A stretch of 64,000 bases of DNA from an uncultured Verrucomicrobiae bacterium (GCA_963834385.1 CAWIBO010000005.1:512001-576000), one strand, 5' to 3'; counted from the first letter of the stretch, positions 31,301 through 46,227 are shown. The notes: generated by a model from the sequence alone, not told the origin. Made by a program: numbers and translations.

Positions 31301-33464
31301 GGCGCACGGCGATTCGCCGGCCCAGCGGATCATACTCATAGAGCAGGGTCACGCCGGCGCGCGTTTCAGAAATGACCCGTGCTTCCTCATCGTAAACGAA
31401 GGTGGTCGCCACGCCGTCCCGGTCGCTCGATGAAGAAACGCCGCAACAATCATAAGTGAAGGTCTCCGTCGATCCGTCGGGATGCTGCACCGAAAGCGGC
31501 CGGCCCGCGCCATCAACCGCCGTTGTTGTCCTGGCGGACGTCCGCAATCCCGACGCGATGTCTTCCTCGGCTTCAAGGAGCGAGTAGCCGGCCGCATTGG
31601 TCCTGGTGATTCGCCGGGTCCCGTCCACCACGGCATTCCCGGTTCCGTTGAGTTCTCCCATGGAGATCGTTGTGGTCCGTTCACCATTCGCCTCGACGTA
31701 ACTGAATATCTCCCCGGTCCCGTCGGGCTTCAGGATTCTGTCCGGCTGTCCGTAGAACGTTCCGGTCGGGACCAGATACGTCGTCGTGATGAGGTTTGCC
31801 GAATCGTTCCAGGCCGCCCCGACGACATGCGCCTGGATCCGATCGACCCGGTCGGAGTAGACGGCTTCGTAGTCCCGCCGAATCTCGGTTCCGCGGAGCG
31901 TTTCGACGATGGTCACGCGCGGATTTACGTCGCTGTAGGTGGTCGCAACCACGCGGCACTCACTTTCCGGGGCGTTCTGGGCTGCATCCAAAAACTGCGA
32001 AACCCTCCTGGTCACGCGGCCTTCGCCGTCATACTCCAGGCGCTCCCAGAAGCCGCCCGGGCCCACGGAATTCCGCAAACGACTAAAGCTCCCCGTCTGC
32101 GCCGAGTCGGTGAAGAATTCCCAGGTTGAGATTTGTTGTTGATCCGGTGGAAGCGAAGGGCCCAGGACCCGCCGGATGCGTTCTTCGCCCCAGGGAAATG
32201 CGCGGTAAACGTTCAGTTCCTCGTGCACGGCGGTGTTGGCGGCGTTGCGGACGAGGTAAAGCTCGCTTCGCTCCAGTTTGTCCGGGCTCCAGGTTTTGGT
32301 GACTGTCTCGTTGTCGCCATCCCCTTCAACCGACGACCATTCCTGTGTCACGGCGTTATACTGATAATCCGTCACGGAGGTTTCACCCCGGGTTCTCGTC
32401 ACCCTGACCTTGGCAAACTGAAGCTGGCCATTTTCCAAGGGATGCTCGAGCAGCACCCGTTCAAGGGGCGGGGCGATGGGCTGATACAGGCCGCTCCCGT
32501 TCTTGGTCCCGCGATCGGAGGCCAGATACTGTTTAAACTCAAGACTGCCACTGCTGGGAACGTTGACCTCTGTGAGCAGGGTGGACGAAAGAGTCTGCCT
32601 GATCTGGCCGCTGATCCTGATCACCTCAACACCGGTATTCGCCGAGAGGAATAGCTTTGCGCGATCGAGCACGCCGCTTTGAAGACTGTCGGCTTGAAAG
32701 GAGATGGAGCCGGCGGGCTCGCCATGCCGGATCTTGCCGAGCCCGATGGGAACGCCCAAACCGCTCCCCGTGCCACCGTTCCCACCGCCTCCGGAGGATC
32801 CGGACCCTCCCGAGCCGACCGCTGGCGCCCAACCGGGGGAAGTCGGACCAATGCGTCCCTGACCCGTTTCCTCCACCCCGCTCACGCATGACGAACAACT
32901 GTCGCACTCGACGGTCGCGGAGAGCTTGATCTTCCAGGTCACTTCCAGCGGTGTGTCGTCATAGGCATTGTATTCTGCAAAACTGACCGTGCGCTGACTC
33001 GGATAGAAAAACAGCTCCTCCGACGAGGCGTGCGATTCGAGCAAGGGAACGCCGTTCCGTTTCAGCTCTCCCGTCGCCATCTGCGTGTGCGTCCACCCGT
33101 TACCGCCCGAGGGAGGCCAGCCAAAACGATCGCGCTGCAGGGTGGTCATGGGACTGTTCACCACCACGCGATTGTTCCGGATTTCGACCGTATGTGAGCT
33201 GGTCACACTGCCGTTCGGGGTATGCGCCAGGGTGAACCCGTAAACCCCATCGGGAACGCTGCCGCGAAACTCATACTGCGGTGTCACCCAGTAGTTCCGC
33301 TGCTTTTGACCGCCAACACCGTGCGTCCAGACGACGTCGATCTTCAGGCTCGTGGCCCTGGCGCTTCCCGCGAGGAAAACGGAGGCCAGCAGGCAACAGG
33401 CCCAGGTGATGCCGTCCCATGTCGCTCTCTTTCGACATGACCGGAATTGCACCGCGGGTTTCAC
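28327..33464 (-). CDS. Rhs/YD-repeat protein with signal peptide; core broken after 28761
   Basis: Many YD repeats; YDLDGNLIQDGRWTYEWDGENRL; core end [26 protein letters not shown]...DPINRRDKLGL; AGGAG SD before GTG 33464. Confidence 0.9.
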
Positions 33465-33471
33465 TCGTCTC

Positions 33472-34168
33472 CTATTCCAAGGGTGTGTAAACAACCAGCT
33501 GAGTCACGCCAGGGTCGTCGATGACACCGGCGCGAGGATTTCGACCGTAGCGATGTTCGTCGATGTTGCTCATGCCATCGCTGTCCGGATCGTCGTCCGC
33601 GTCGTTAGCTTGTCAGGCTCAGCCCGAAACGAAACTCCCATAGATCAGGAAGGCCATCGTTCTCCGAGTCGGCGGCCTGGTCATTCGAGCCGAGGATCCA
33701 CTCATCCCACGCGCTCAAACCATCGCCGTCGAGGTCGGCTTCACCCACATAGCGGCTTCGATAAAAGCGTCGCAGACCCGAATCAGGCAGATTGCGCTCA
33801 GCCACGGACCCATCTCCGGCCACGTCCCCCGCCCCTTCCCACATTCGAAAATCGTCGGTGGCCTCCAGTCGATACATTTTCCCGAAGACCGTTTGAAACC
33901 GGAGCGCGCTCGTCCCAGGCGCGCTGCGCGTAATCAAGAGCACAAAACGGGCGTCAGGATCGCGGGGATCCAGGCCGAGGAGGCTCTTGTCACGATTACG
34001 AAGCCCGTTGCCGGTGTAATCTTCATCGGCGTGGTCCGCGGGCACGGCGAAGTGCTGTTCCCAGACGTCGTTCATGCCGTTGCCGTTGAAATCGACGGTG
34101 GCGAAGGCCGACGCACCAAAGAATAGCCACGCGCCCAGACAGGCGAGAACGTGAGCGCGAATCGGCAT
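33472..34168 (-). CDS. Secreted protein with Asp-rich Ca-binding (TSP3-like) repeats upstream of Rhs (frameshifts near 33607 and 33485)
   Basis: Signal peptide; DFNGNGMNDVWE, DLDGDGLSAWDE, DSENDGLPDLWE and DPDSDGMSNIDE repeats; reconstructed end VFTPLE-TAG overlaps the Rhs SD. Confidence 0.65.
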
Positions 34169-34618
34169 AACCGGCGAAAACGGGGCGGAGTCTGACATGC
34201 CGGGAGAACCGGACGAAAGCAAAAAAGCGGTCCGGAAGCGTGATTTCGCGGAAGTCGGGGCGGCAGAAGGATTTGCCGCGTCGATTTCGTCCGGCATTTT
34301 TCCCGCAGTCCCTCCTGCGCCCACATGTTGGCCGGCGAACCGGTTTCGGGAGACGTTTCTTTGGGGTCTCGTGACGGCTGATTTTCGACGCGGAAACAGG
34401 GCCGAATCAGGTCAAAAAAATCAGGGGAATTGGAGCCGCACGCGGCGCCCCTTTAGACGTGCTTGACGCGGAATCGTGTCGACCACCAGATATTGTGCCA
34501 AGGGGGCCTGTGGGCCGCAATTTCTTGCGCAAAATGGGGGTTGTTTCGGTCGAAAAACTTATTGTTTCCAGGCCGGTTCTCTCCTATCTTCCTGACCGGT
34601 CACGTCGACCGCATTTTT

Positions 34619-37205
<2,587 letters not shown>

Positions 37206-37207
37206 GG

Positions 37208-37253
37208 AATGACGAAGGACGAATGGCTAATGACGAAGGAATGCCGAAACACG
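37208..37253 (+). repeat. AATGACG-type heptamer tract, left arm
   Basis: aatgacg aaggacg aatggct aatgacg aagg aatgccg. Confidence 0.8.
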
Positions 37254-37670
37254 AGCGCCGCGATTCGCGGGAGGTCGAGTTTTGGGAGGGCGATTCCGGT
37301 GTCGTCCGGGAAGAGCCGACGCCTCCGGGCAAATACGATCTGGAAGAGCGAACGGCTCGGTTTGGGGAAGCTGTGATCGATTTCGCCCAAACCATTCCGC
37401 AAAGTCCGGTCACCAATCGCCTGATCAATCAGTTGGTCGGCTGTGGCGACGAGTATCGGCGCGAACTACTGCGAAGCCGACGACGCCGTCTCCCGCAAGG
37501 AATTCTTTCTGCGCATCGGGACCTGTAAGAAAGAGGCCCGGGAAACGAAACATTTCCTGCGCATGATCGTCCGCGCTGTGCCTGATTTGAAGCCCATCGC
37601 CCGGGATCTCTGGCGGGAAGCGCGCGAGCTCCACCTGATTTTCGCCAAAATCCACCGCAGCAAAAGCTAG
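37223..37670 (+). CDS. Four-helix-bundle protein (23S rRNA IVS-protein/bAvd-like), frameshift near 37446
   Basis: DLEERTARF...QLV...TSIGANYCEA...SRKEF....KEARET..FL pattern. Confidence 0.85.
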
Positions 37671-37720
37671 TCATTCATTTCAGCCATTCCTTCGTCATTC
37701 GACATCCGTCATTAGTCATT
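37668..37720 (-). repeat. AATGACG-type heptamer tract, right arm (inverted)
   Basis: cattccttcgtcatt (37685-37699) is the exact reverse complement of 37229-37243. Confidence 0.8.
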
Positions 37721-37727
37721 ACCCACC

Positions 37728-40344
37728 GTGTATAACCCGAACGAAAAAATAGAACCGATCAACGTCGCGGAAGAGATCTCGAGGTCGTTCCTCGATTACT
37801 CGATGTCCGTCATCATCTCGCGCGCCCTGCCCGATGCGCGCGACGGCCTGAAACCGTCCCAGCGCCGCATCCTTTACGCGATGAACGATCTGTCGCTCTA
37901 CCCGAACCGGCAGCACCGGAAATGCGCCAAGATCTGCGGCGACACCAGCGGTAACTATCATCCCCACGGCGAAGCGGTCATCTACCCCACCCTCGTCCAC
38001 ATGGCCCAGCCGTGGGCCATGCGCGAAAGGCTCGTGGACGGCCAGGGCAACTTCGGGTCGGTCGAAGGCGATCCCCCCGCGGCCATGCGTTACACCGAGG
38101 CGCGCATGACGCATCTCGGCGCCGCGCTCATGACCGACATGGACAAGGACACGGTCGATTTCGTCCCGAACTACGACGAGACCCGGACGGAACCGACCGT
38201 TTTCCCGGCCGCTTTCCCGAACCTCCTCGTCAATGGCGGCACCGGCATCGCCGTCGGCATGGCGACCAACATCCCGCCCCACAACCTGGGCGAAGTCATC
38301 GACGGCATCTGCGCGCAGATCGATGACCCGGACATCGACCTCGAAGGCTTGATGAAGTTCGTCAAGGGACCCGATTTTCCCACGGGCTGCGCCCTGCTCG
38401 GCCTCGCCGGCATCCGGCAATATCTCGAGACGGGCCGCGGCAGCATGAAGGTGCGCGGCAAAGCCGGCGTGGAGGAGCTGAAGGGGAACCGGGAGCAGAT
38501 CGTCATCACCGAGATCCCTTACAACGTCAACCGGGCCACCCTGGTCGAGCGCATCGCCGAACTCGTCAATGACAAGGTGCTGACCGACATCAGCGCGATC
38601 CGCGACGAATCGGACGAGAACACGCGCGTGGTCATCGAGTTGAAGCGCGACGGCAATCCCAAGGTCGTCATCAACAATCTTTACAAGCACACCGCGATGG
38701 AAAGTTCCTTCGCGGCCTCGATGCTGGCGATCGACCACGGCCGGCCGAAGCTTCTTTCGCTCAAGGAGGCCAACACCGCCTACATCGAGCATCGGCGCGA
38801 GGTCGTCCTCCGCCGGACCCGCTACGAGCTGCGCAAGGCCGAGGACCGGGCCGAAACCCTCGAGGGTTATCTCATCGCGCTGGCCAACCTCGATGAATTC
38901 ATCCGGATCATCCGCGGCTCCGCCAACCGCGACGAGGCCCGGGTCAAGCTGCTGGCCTTCGAGTTCACCCGGAAACAGGTGGAGAAGATCGGCATCCTCA
39001 TCCGCAACGAGGCGCGCCTGATCGACGGTCGCTACGCCTTCAGCGAACACCAGGCCAACCAGATCCTTGATCTTCGCCTTTACCAGCTGACCGGCCTCGA
39101 GAGCGAGAAGATTGCCGGTGAATACAAGGACCTGATCGAGCTGATCAAGGACCTGCGCGACATCCTGGCGAAGGAGTCGCGCGTTTTCGACATCGTGAAG
39201 AAGGAGCTGCGCGAGCTCCAGGCGAAGCACGCCACCCCGCGCCTGACGCAGCTCATCCCCGACGAGGGCGAGATCAACATGGAGGATTTGATCGCGAACG
39301 AAGGCTGCATCATCACGATCACCCACGGCGGCTTTATCAAGCGCACCGCGGTCAGCGCCTACCGGGCGCAGCGGCGCGGCGGCAAAGGGGTGCGCGGCAT
39401 GGCCACGCGCGAGGGCGCCACGGAGGAGGACGAGGGCGACTTCGTCGAGCATCTCTTCACCGCGACCACGCACGATTATCTCGTTTTCTTCACGGAATCA
39501 GGACGCTGCTACGTGGAAAAGGTCTACGAGATCCCCGAGATGGGCCGCGCGGCCAAGGGGCGTTCCATCGCCAACCTTCTCGAACTGCGTTCCGACGAGA
39601 AGATCGCCGCCACCATCCGCGTTCAGTCGAAGCGCAGCGGCACCGGTCCCAGCGCTGTCGACACGACCTGGGACGAGAACCTGCACATCGTCTTCGCCAC
39701 CCGCACCGGCATCGTCAAGAAATCGAACCTGGGTGATTACGCCAACGTGCGCAAAGGAGGCATCATCGCCATCCAGATCGAGGAGGGCGACTGCCTGATC
39801 GATGCCAAGCTGACCGAGGGGGACAACGAACTGGTCCTGATCACCAAGGACGGCATGAGCCTGCGCTTCCACGAGGAGCAGTTGCGCGATCAGGGGCGCA
39901 ACACCGTCGGCGTCTGGGGCATCCGCCCCGGCAAAGGCGACGTCGTGGTGGCCCTCGCCATCGTTGACCTTGAGCGCCATGCTTTTGGTCGCGGGCGAGA
40001 ACGGGATCGGCAAGCGCACCCCGTTCGACGATTACCGTTCCCAATCGCGCGGCGGCAAGGGAATCATCACCATGAAGACCGGCGAGAAAACCGGCAGTGT
40101 GGTCGGCGCGCTCACGGTTGTTGAGAACGATGAGCTGATGTTGATCACGACCAAGGGGCAGATGGTGCGGACCCGGGTCTCGGAGATTCGGGCCGTGGGC
40201 CGCAACACCATGGGCGTGAAATTGATGGACCTCCGCGGCAGCGAAAAACTTCAGGCCATCGCCCCGGTCGTCAGCCAGGAAGCCGAAGAGGAAGAAGAAG
40301 CTCCGGAAGAACCGGAAACACCGGCCGGCGACCGCAAGAAATAA
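37728..40344 (+). CDS. gyrA: DNA gyrase subunit A (frameshift near 39975)
   Basis: RALPDARDGLKP, YHPHG, AAMRYTE and GyrA-box QRRGGKG. Confidence 0.97.
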
Positions 40345-40531
40345 GGTAATCCCGGCCGCGTAGAGCGCGGCGGGAGAGGAGTGCGGGCGCTTCCCGGAAG
40401 ACTGCGCCCGGGCCGGTGCGGGCCTTCCCTGCACAGCAAATTCCCGCGCCCGGCTGCCTCCGTGAGGAGCCGGGTCGCGGGAATCGTTGCTGAATAATCC
40501 GAACCCTTGCGGGATTCGGTCGGGTGCCGCC

Positions 40532-40711
40532 CTAGTACTGCCCGCTTGTCCGCGTCGTGGTCGTGCTGGTCGAGGATGGCGTCCGCACCACCGACGATTC
40601 CGTCGTGGTCGTGGTCACCGCGGCCGGCTCTTCCTTGACCACCGTGGTGCAGGAAGGAAGCGAGATCGCGAGGGCAATGATAACAGGGCTGAGAATAAGT
40701 AGTTTTTTCAT
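40532..40711 (-). CDS. Small Thr/Ser-rich lipoprotein (59 aa, absent from the ORF track)
   Basis: MKKLLILSPVIIALAISLPSC-TTVVKEEPAAVTTTTTESS...GQY-stop. Confidence 0.65.
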   Translation of the reverse strand: MKKLLILSPVIIALAISLPSCTTVVKEEPAAVTTTTTESSVVRTPSSTSTTTTRTSGQY

Positions 40712-40871
40712 ATGTTGTGGCTGTCACCCTCCAATCGACGCAAGTCGCTCCCCCAGATGTATTAAGTCGCGTCTATTTTTCCCAGGGGACCTCTTCCCCG
40801 GGGGGCCCAGAGGGAAAAACGCACCAGCACGGGCGAGGGATCTTCCCGCGGCGGTGTCCCCGATGCGGACC

Positions 40872-41274
40872 TCACTCCACCACGCGGCCCCGCAGCCGTT
40901 TCAACTTCGAGTGTTCCCGTTTCTTTCTCCAGCATCCGGCGCTTTACCCCGGCCGGTCGCCGGGCTTTCTGGCGGCGCGCCTTTTCCCTGGCCGCGATTT
41001 TTTCCGCGCGTTCCGCCGCTCTTTTCCTCTTGATCAGGTCCAGCAGACGCTGACGGGCCAGTGCGCGGTTCTGGGCCTGCGAGCGCGAATCCTGCACCGT
41101 TACGCCAAGACCGCTCGGACGGTGCCGCAGGGTGACGGCGGTGGAAACCTTGTTGACGTTTTGGCCGCCCGGACCGCCGGCGCGGGCGAAGCGTTCCTCG
41201 ATCGTCGCGGGATCGAACCCGAGACCGACCAGACGCTGCTCGAATTCCTCTCGCGTCACGAAAACGTCTCCCAT
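40872..41274 (-). CDS. Peptidyl-tRNA hydrolase / ArfB-like release factor (frameshift near 40925)
   Basis: GPGGQNVNK and RSQAQNR motifs with a basic C-terminal tail. Confidence 0.85.
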
Positions 41275-41338
41275 GGTGGTGCCTTTCGCTCAATCCCTCC
41301 CTTCGGAAACTCTGGCACGGAGGATCTGGCCTTTGTGC

Positions 41339-41917
41339 TCAAAGAGGCGCGACGTTTTCCCGGCCGTGCCGAAGAACCCGGGCCATCCAGACAAGTTCGT
41401 TCAGGAACTTGGCGACCCGGCCCACATATTTTTCGTCCTTGAGAGAGCCGTCCTCGGCAAAAGCGTCGCCCACCCGGCTGAAGTTCACATCGGTGAAGGT
41501 CACGGCCAGCCCGAGCTCCCGCATTACCGGGACGAGGTTCTCGATCACGCGGGCGCCACCGAAAGGCCCGGCCGAGACGCCGACCAAACCGGCCGGCTTG
41601 TGAATGTATTCCTCGAGACACATGTCGAGCGCCTGCTTCAATGCGCCGGGATACCCGTGATTATACTCGGGAGTGACAATGACCAGCCCATCGCAGCGTT
41701 TGATCTTTTCGACGTAATCGGGATCGGCCATTTCCTGCCCGGCATCCTGCAGGGTCATCTTCAACGAGCGCACGTCGATCAACTCGGTCTCGATCTCCGG
41801 GCGTTTTTTCATTTCCTCGACGAGGAAGCGCGCAACGTTCCCGCTGCGCCGGCCCTGCCGGGGCGTGCCCAGCAAAACGGGAAGGTAAAGGGGCCGATCG
41901 CTCTGTTTTTCAGGCAT
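41339..41917 (-). CDS. NADPH-dependent FMN reductase
   Basis: GTPRQGR and TPEYNHGYPGALKQALD motifs. Confidence 0.9.
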   Translation of the reverse strand: MPEKQSDRPLYLPVLLGTPRQGRRSGNVARFLVEEMKKRPEIETELIDVRSLKMTLQDAGQEMADPDYVEKIKRCDGLVIVTPEYNHGYPGALKQALDMCLEEYIHKPAGLVGVSAGPFGGARVIENLVPVMRELGLAVTFTDVNFSRVGDAFAEDGSLKDEKYVGRVAKFLNELVWMARVLRHGRENVAPL

Positions 41918-41968
41918 GGTCTACCGTAGCCGAAGATGGCGTGCGGCGCCGCCCCGGAATTCGGGCGC

Positions 41969-42184
41969 CTAGCGGCGCCGCAGGAGCATGACGAAAAAGA
42001 GGGTGCCGCCGGCGAGAAGCGCAAGACCGAGACCAATGGGACCGGCCGTGGCCTGCCCTTTCGCGGCCACCTGCGGGCCGGCTCCCGGGGCCACCGTCGC
42101 GTCGCCTGGCAAAAACCCAAGTGCGATGAGGTAGATGCCGAGGCCCACCAGCAACGTCGCGAAAATCGCCAGGCCAATGCGCAT
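41969..42184 (-). CDS. Small two-TM membrane protein
   Basis: Two hydrophobic segments ending in RRR. Confidence 0.5.
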   Translation of the reverse strand: MRIGLAIFATLLVGLGIYLIALGFLPGDATVAPGAGPQVAAKGQATAGPIGLGLALLAGGTLFFVMLLRRR

Positions 42185-42239
42185 GCCGTCATCCTTGCGG
42201 AAAAAGGTTTCCGATTCCAGAACGAAGAAGAAGCGAATC

Positions 42240-42324
42240 TGCCGATGGCCGGACTCGAACCGGCACGGGCCGTTAAGCCCAACGGATTTTAAGTCCGTTG
42301 CGTCTGCCATTTCGCCACATCGGC
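42240..42324 (-). tRNA. tRNA-Leu(TAA)
   Basis: GCCGATG acceptor stem, anticodon loop CTTAAAA, long variable arm, GGTTCGAGTCC T-loop; CCA not encoded. Confidence 0.95.
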
Positions 42325-42424
42325 CTCTCTTTGCGCGTGCAGTTTACGCGCTTCGCCCCGCGGACCAAGATGTTTTACATCCACCCGGCGGGGACCGACC
42401 GTATCGTTTTGAAAGGACAATCTT

Positions 42425-43036
42425 ATGGCAAACGAACTTTCAGGTAAAAAAGTCGCCATCCTCGTGGCGGACGGGTTTGAGCAGGTGGAGATGACCAAGC
42501 CGCGCGAAGCGCTCGAGGAGGCCGGGGCCGAGACCTTCATTGTCTCCCCTTGTGAAAAAGAAGTGCAGGGAATGAATCACGCCGACAAAGGCGAGAGCTT
42601 TCCCATCGACGTGGCGCTCGAGAAAGCGTCCGCGGACGACTACGACGCCCTGCTTATCCCGGGCGGCCTTCTCAATCCCGATGCGCTGCGCTCCAACGAG
42701 ACCGCCCTTGGTTTCGTGCAGGGATTCGCGGGCGCGGGCAAACCGATGGCCGTGATTTGCCACGGAGCCTGGGTTCTTATCGACGCCGGCCTGGTGCGCG
42801 GTCGCACCCTGACCTCATGGCCCGCCATTGCCACCGATGTGCGCAACGCGGGCGGCGAATGGGTCGACCAGGAGGTCGTGGTCGACAACGGCCTGGTCAC
42901 CAGTCGCAAACCGGATGACATCCCCGCTTTCAACCGCAAGATGATCGAGGAATTCGCCGAGGGTAAACATGATCGTCCGGCCGCGTCCAAACGGGGCGGT
43001 CCGCCGGCCAAGGCCACGGTCGAGCTCGAGACCTGA
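42425..43036 (+). CDS. PfpI/DJ-1 family protein
   Basis: DGFEQVE, IPGG, ICHG and VTSRKPDDIPAF motifs. Confidence 0.92.
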   Translation: MANELSGKKVAILVADGFEQVEMTKPREALEEAGAETFIVSPCEKEVQGMNHADKGESFPIDVALEKASADDYDALLIPGGLLNPDALRSNETALGFVQGFAGAGKPMAVICHGAWVLIDAGLVRGRTLTSWPAIATDVRNAGGEWVDQEVVVDNGLVTSRKPDDIPAFNRKMIEEFAEGKHDRPAASKRGGPPAKATVELET

Positions 43037-43106
43037 GTTCGCTCGCAACTACGACGAAGCGGCAATTTGCCTTGCCTCGCTTCCAGAGTGGCTTTCACTC
43101 TCCGTC

Positions 43107-43724
43107 ATGGCCGACCGGCTCATGACGACCGCCAACAAAATCACGATCGTCCGGATCCTCCTGATCCCGGCCTTCGTCACCATGGCCATTTACTATGGCC
43201 AGAGCGTGTCGCGCGGGGAGCCGATCGAATGGCAGCGGTTCGCCGCCATCCTGATCTTCTTCGTGGCCGCCATCAGCGACGGCCTCGATGGTTATGTGGC
43301 CCGGCGTTACAACCAGCGAAGCTCCCTCGGCGTCATTCTCGACCCCATTGCCGACAAGGGGTTGCTCCTGGCCGCCCTGATCACCCTTAGCATCAGCAAC
43401 TGGAGCGCGGGTGGCGGTGAATACGCGCAGTTCCCCGCCTGGTTCCCTGTCCTCATCATCTCGCGGGACATCGTTATCCTCGTCGGGAGCGTGGTGCTGC
43501 ATCTTCTCGTCGGCAAGGTTCGCGTCCGGCCCAGTCTTTTCGGGAAGGTCGCCACGGTCCTGCAAATGATCGCTATTGCCTGGGTTATGCTGCAGCTTCG
43601 TTTTATTCCTCTTATCTACGTTGCGGGAGCGGCGGCTCTCTTCACCCTTGTTTCGGGCGCGCAATATGTCCGCGACGGCGTGCACCAACTCCAGGCCGAA
43701 GGGCACGCCAACCCCAGCCCGTGA
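43107..43724 (+). CDS. CDP-alcohol phosphatidyltransferase (PgsA-like)
   Basis: DGLDGYVARR...G..LDPIADK motif. Confidence 0.9.
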   Translation: MADRLMTTANKITIVRILLIPAFVTMAIYYGQSVSRGEPIEWQRFAAILIFFVAAISDGLDGYVARRYNQRSSLGVILDPIADKGLLLAALITLSISNWSAGGGEYAQFPAWFPVLIISRDIVILVGSVVLHLLVGKVRVRPSLFGKVATVLQMIAIAWVMLQLRFIPLIYVAGAAALFTLVSGAQYVRDGVHQLQAEGHANPSP

Positions 43725-45127
43725 AAGACCACGCCGTAGGAACCAGCGCCGGCCGAGTCGCCATCGTCGGCCGGCCAAACGTGGGCAAATCCGCTCTCTT
43801 TAACCGGCTGGTCGGCCGCCGAATCGCCATCGTTCACGACCAGCCGGGCATCACCCGGGACCGATTGCTGGCCCTCTCCGACCGCGGAGCCCGCCCGTTT
43901 GAAGTCTGGGACACGGGCGGGATCGGCGGGGCGGGCGAAAAAGACCTGGCCGCCGAAGTCCGGCAGGCCGCCGACGCCGCCCTGAAGGAAAGCGATCTTA
44001 TTCTCTTCGTGGTCGACGCCCAGCAGGGACTGACCCCGGTCGACGCGGAGCTGGCCCGCATGCTCAGGCGCGCCCGCACGCCCGTGATCCTGGTGGTGAA
44101 CAAGATCGACCATCCGAACCACGAAACGCTTGAAGCCGATTTCGCCTCCCTGAACTTCGACCATCTCGTCCCGCTCAGCGCGGCCCATGGCCGCGGCTTG
44201 AGCGATCTCCTCGCCACGATCGACCAGGGTCTGCCGGCTTCCGCCGCCGTCGAAGAACCCGAACCGCAGATCGAGAAACCGATCGCCCTCGCCATCGTCG
44301 GCCGGCCGAACGCGGGCAAATCCTCGCTTATCAATGCCATCATGAAGGACGAGCGCACGATCGTGAGCGCTCTCCCGGGCACCACCCGGGACGCCGTCGA
44401 TATCAATTACGAACGCGAAGGCCAACAGTTCCGCCTCATCGATACCGCCGGGATCCGCGCCCGCAGCAAACATTCCACCTCCGTCGAAGTCTTCAGCGTC
44501 ATGCGCGCCGAAAAAACGATCAAGCGTGCCGACCTCTGCGTCCTCGTGGTCGACATCACCGGCGGCGTGACCGCGCAGGATAAAAAAATAGCGGGGCTCA
44601 TCCAGCAGGCCCGCAAACCCTGCATTGTCGTCCTCAACAAATGGGACCTCGTCCAGCCCGCGCGCGGCCGGATCGAGTCCATCACCGAACATGCTGCGGA
44701 AGCGCGCGAGCGGCTCTTCTTTCTCGACTACGCCCCGGTCCTCGTCGCTTCCGCCCTCAAACGCGAGAACGTTGAGCGTCTTTTCAAGCTGATCACCCGC
44801 ATCCGCAAAGCCGCGTCGAAACATGTCGGCACCGGTCTGCTCAACCGTCGCCTCCGCGCCGCCTTTGAAACACACCCACCTCCGATGGTCTCCAACCGGC
44901 GGCTCAAGCTCTTTTACGCCGCGCAGGCACGAAGCCCCGACCAGCGCGCCATCGCGCCCCCGGAGTTCATTCTTTTCGTCAATGACCCGGCGCTCCTCAC
45001 CGAACCTTACCGGCGATTTCTCGAGGCGCGGCTCCGCGAGGCCGAGCCGTATCCCGGACTGCCCGTGCTGGTTTCGCTGCGACCACGCAGCGAGGAACGC
45101 AAGGCGGGGGCCCGCCGCTCCGGCTGA
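43721..45127 (+). CDS. der: Ribosome biogenesis GTPase Der
   Basis: Two G domains (GRPNVGKS, GRPNAGKS) with DTGG/DTAG and NKID/NKWD. Confidence 0.95.
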   Translation: MKDHAVGTSAGRVAIVGRPNVGKSALFNRLVGRRIAIVHDQPGITRDRLLALSDRGARPFEVWDTGGIGGAGEKDLAAEVRQAADAALKESDLILFVVDAQQGLTPVDAELARMLRRARTPVILVVNKIDHPNHETLEADFASLNFDHLVPLSAAHGRGLSDLLATIDQGLPASAAVEEPEPQIEKPIALAIVGRPNAGKSSLINAIMKDERTIVSALPGTTRDAVDINYEREGQQFRLIDTAGIRARSKHSTSVEVFSVMRAEKTIKRADLCVLVVDITGGVTAQDKKIAGLIQQARKPCIVVLNKWDLVQPARGRIESITEHAAEARERLFFLDYAPVLVASALKRENVERLFKLITRIRKAASKHVGTGLLNRRLRAAFETHPPPMVSNRRLKLFYAAQARSPDQRAIAPPEFILFVNDPALLTEPYRRFLEARLREAEPYPGLPVLVSLRPRSEERKAGARRSG

Positions 45128-45202
45128 CCTTACCGGACGAGACCTGCTCCGGCCGGGGCGATGATCGAACATCCGGGCCGCTCGCGTGTCTCATTTCTCT
45201 CT

Positions 45203-46189
<987 letters not shown>

Positions 46190-46197
46190 TTGGGAAT

Positions 46198-46225
46198 GTG
46201 ATCAGTGAACCGTGAGCAGTGATCT
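46198..46225 (+). repeat. GTGATCA-type heptamer tract, left arm
   Basis: gtgatca gtgaacc gtgagca gtgatct. Confidence 0.75.
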
Positions 46226-46227
46226 GT

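Noticed and set aside
34463..34496. TTGACG...TATTGT as the gyrB promoter
   Set aside because: The 22-bp spacing is too long for a sigma70 promoter.
40351..40374. GC hairpin after gyrA as an intrinsic terminator
   Set aside because: The stem is imperfect and no U-tract follows.
42240..42324. tRNA-Leu as an integration site of the island
   Set aside because: It is about 8 kb from the island, and I saw no duplicated tRNA 3' end or integrase.
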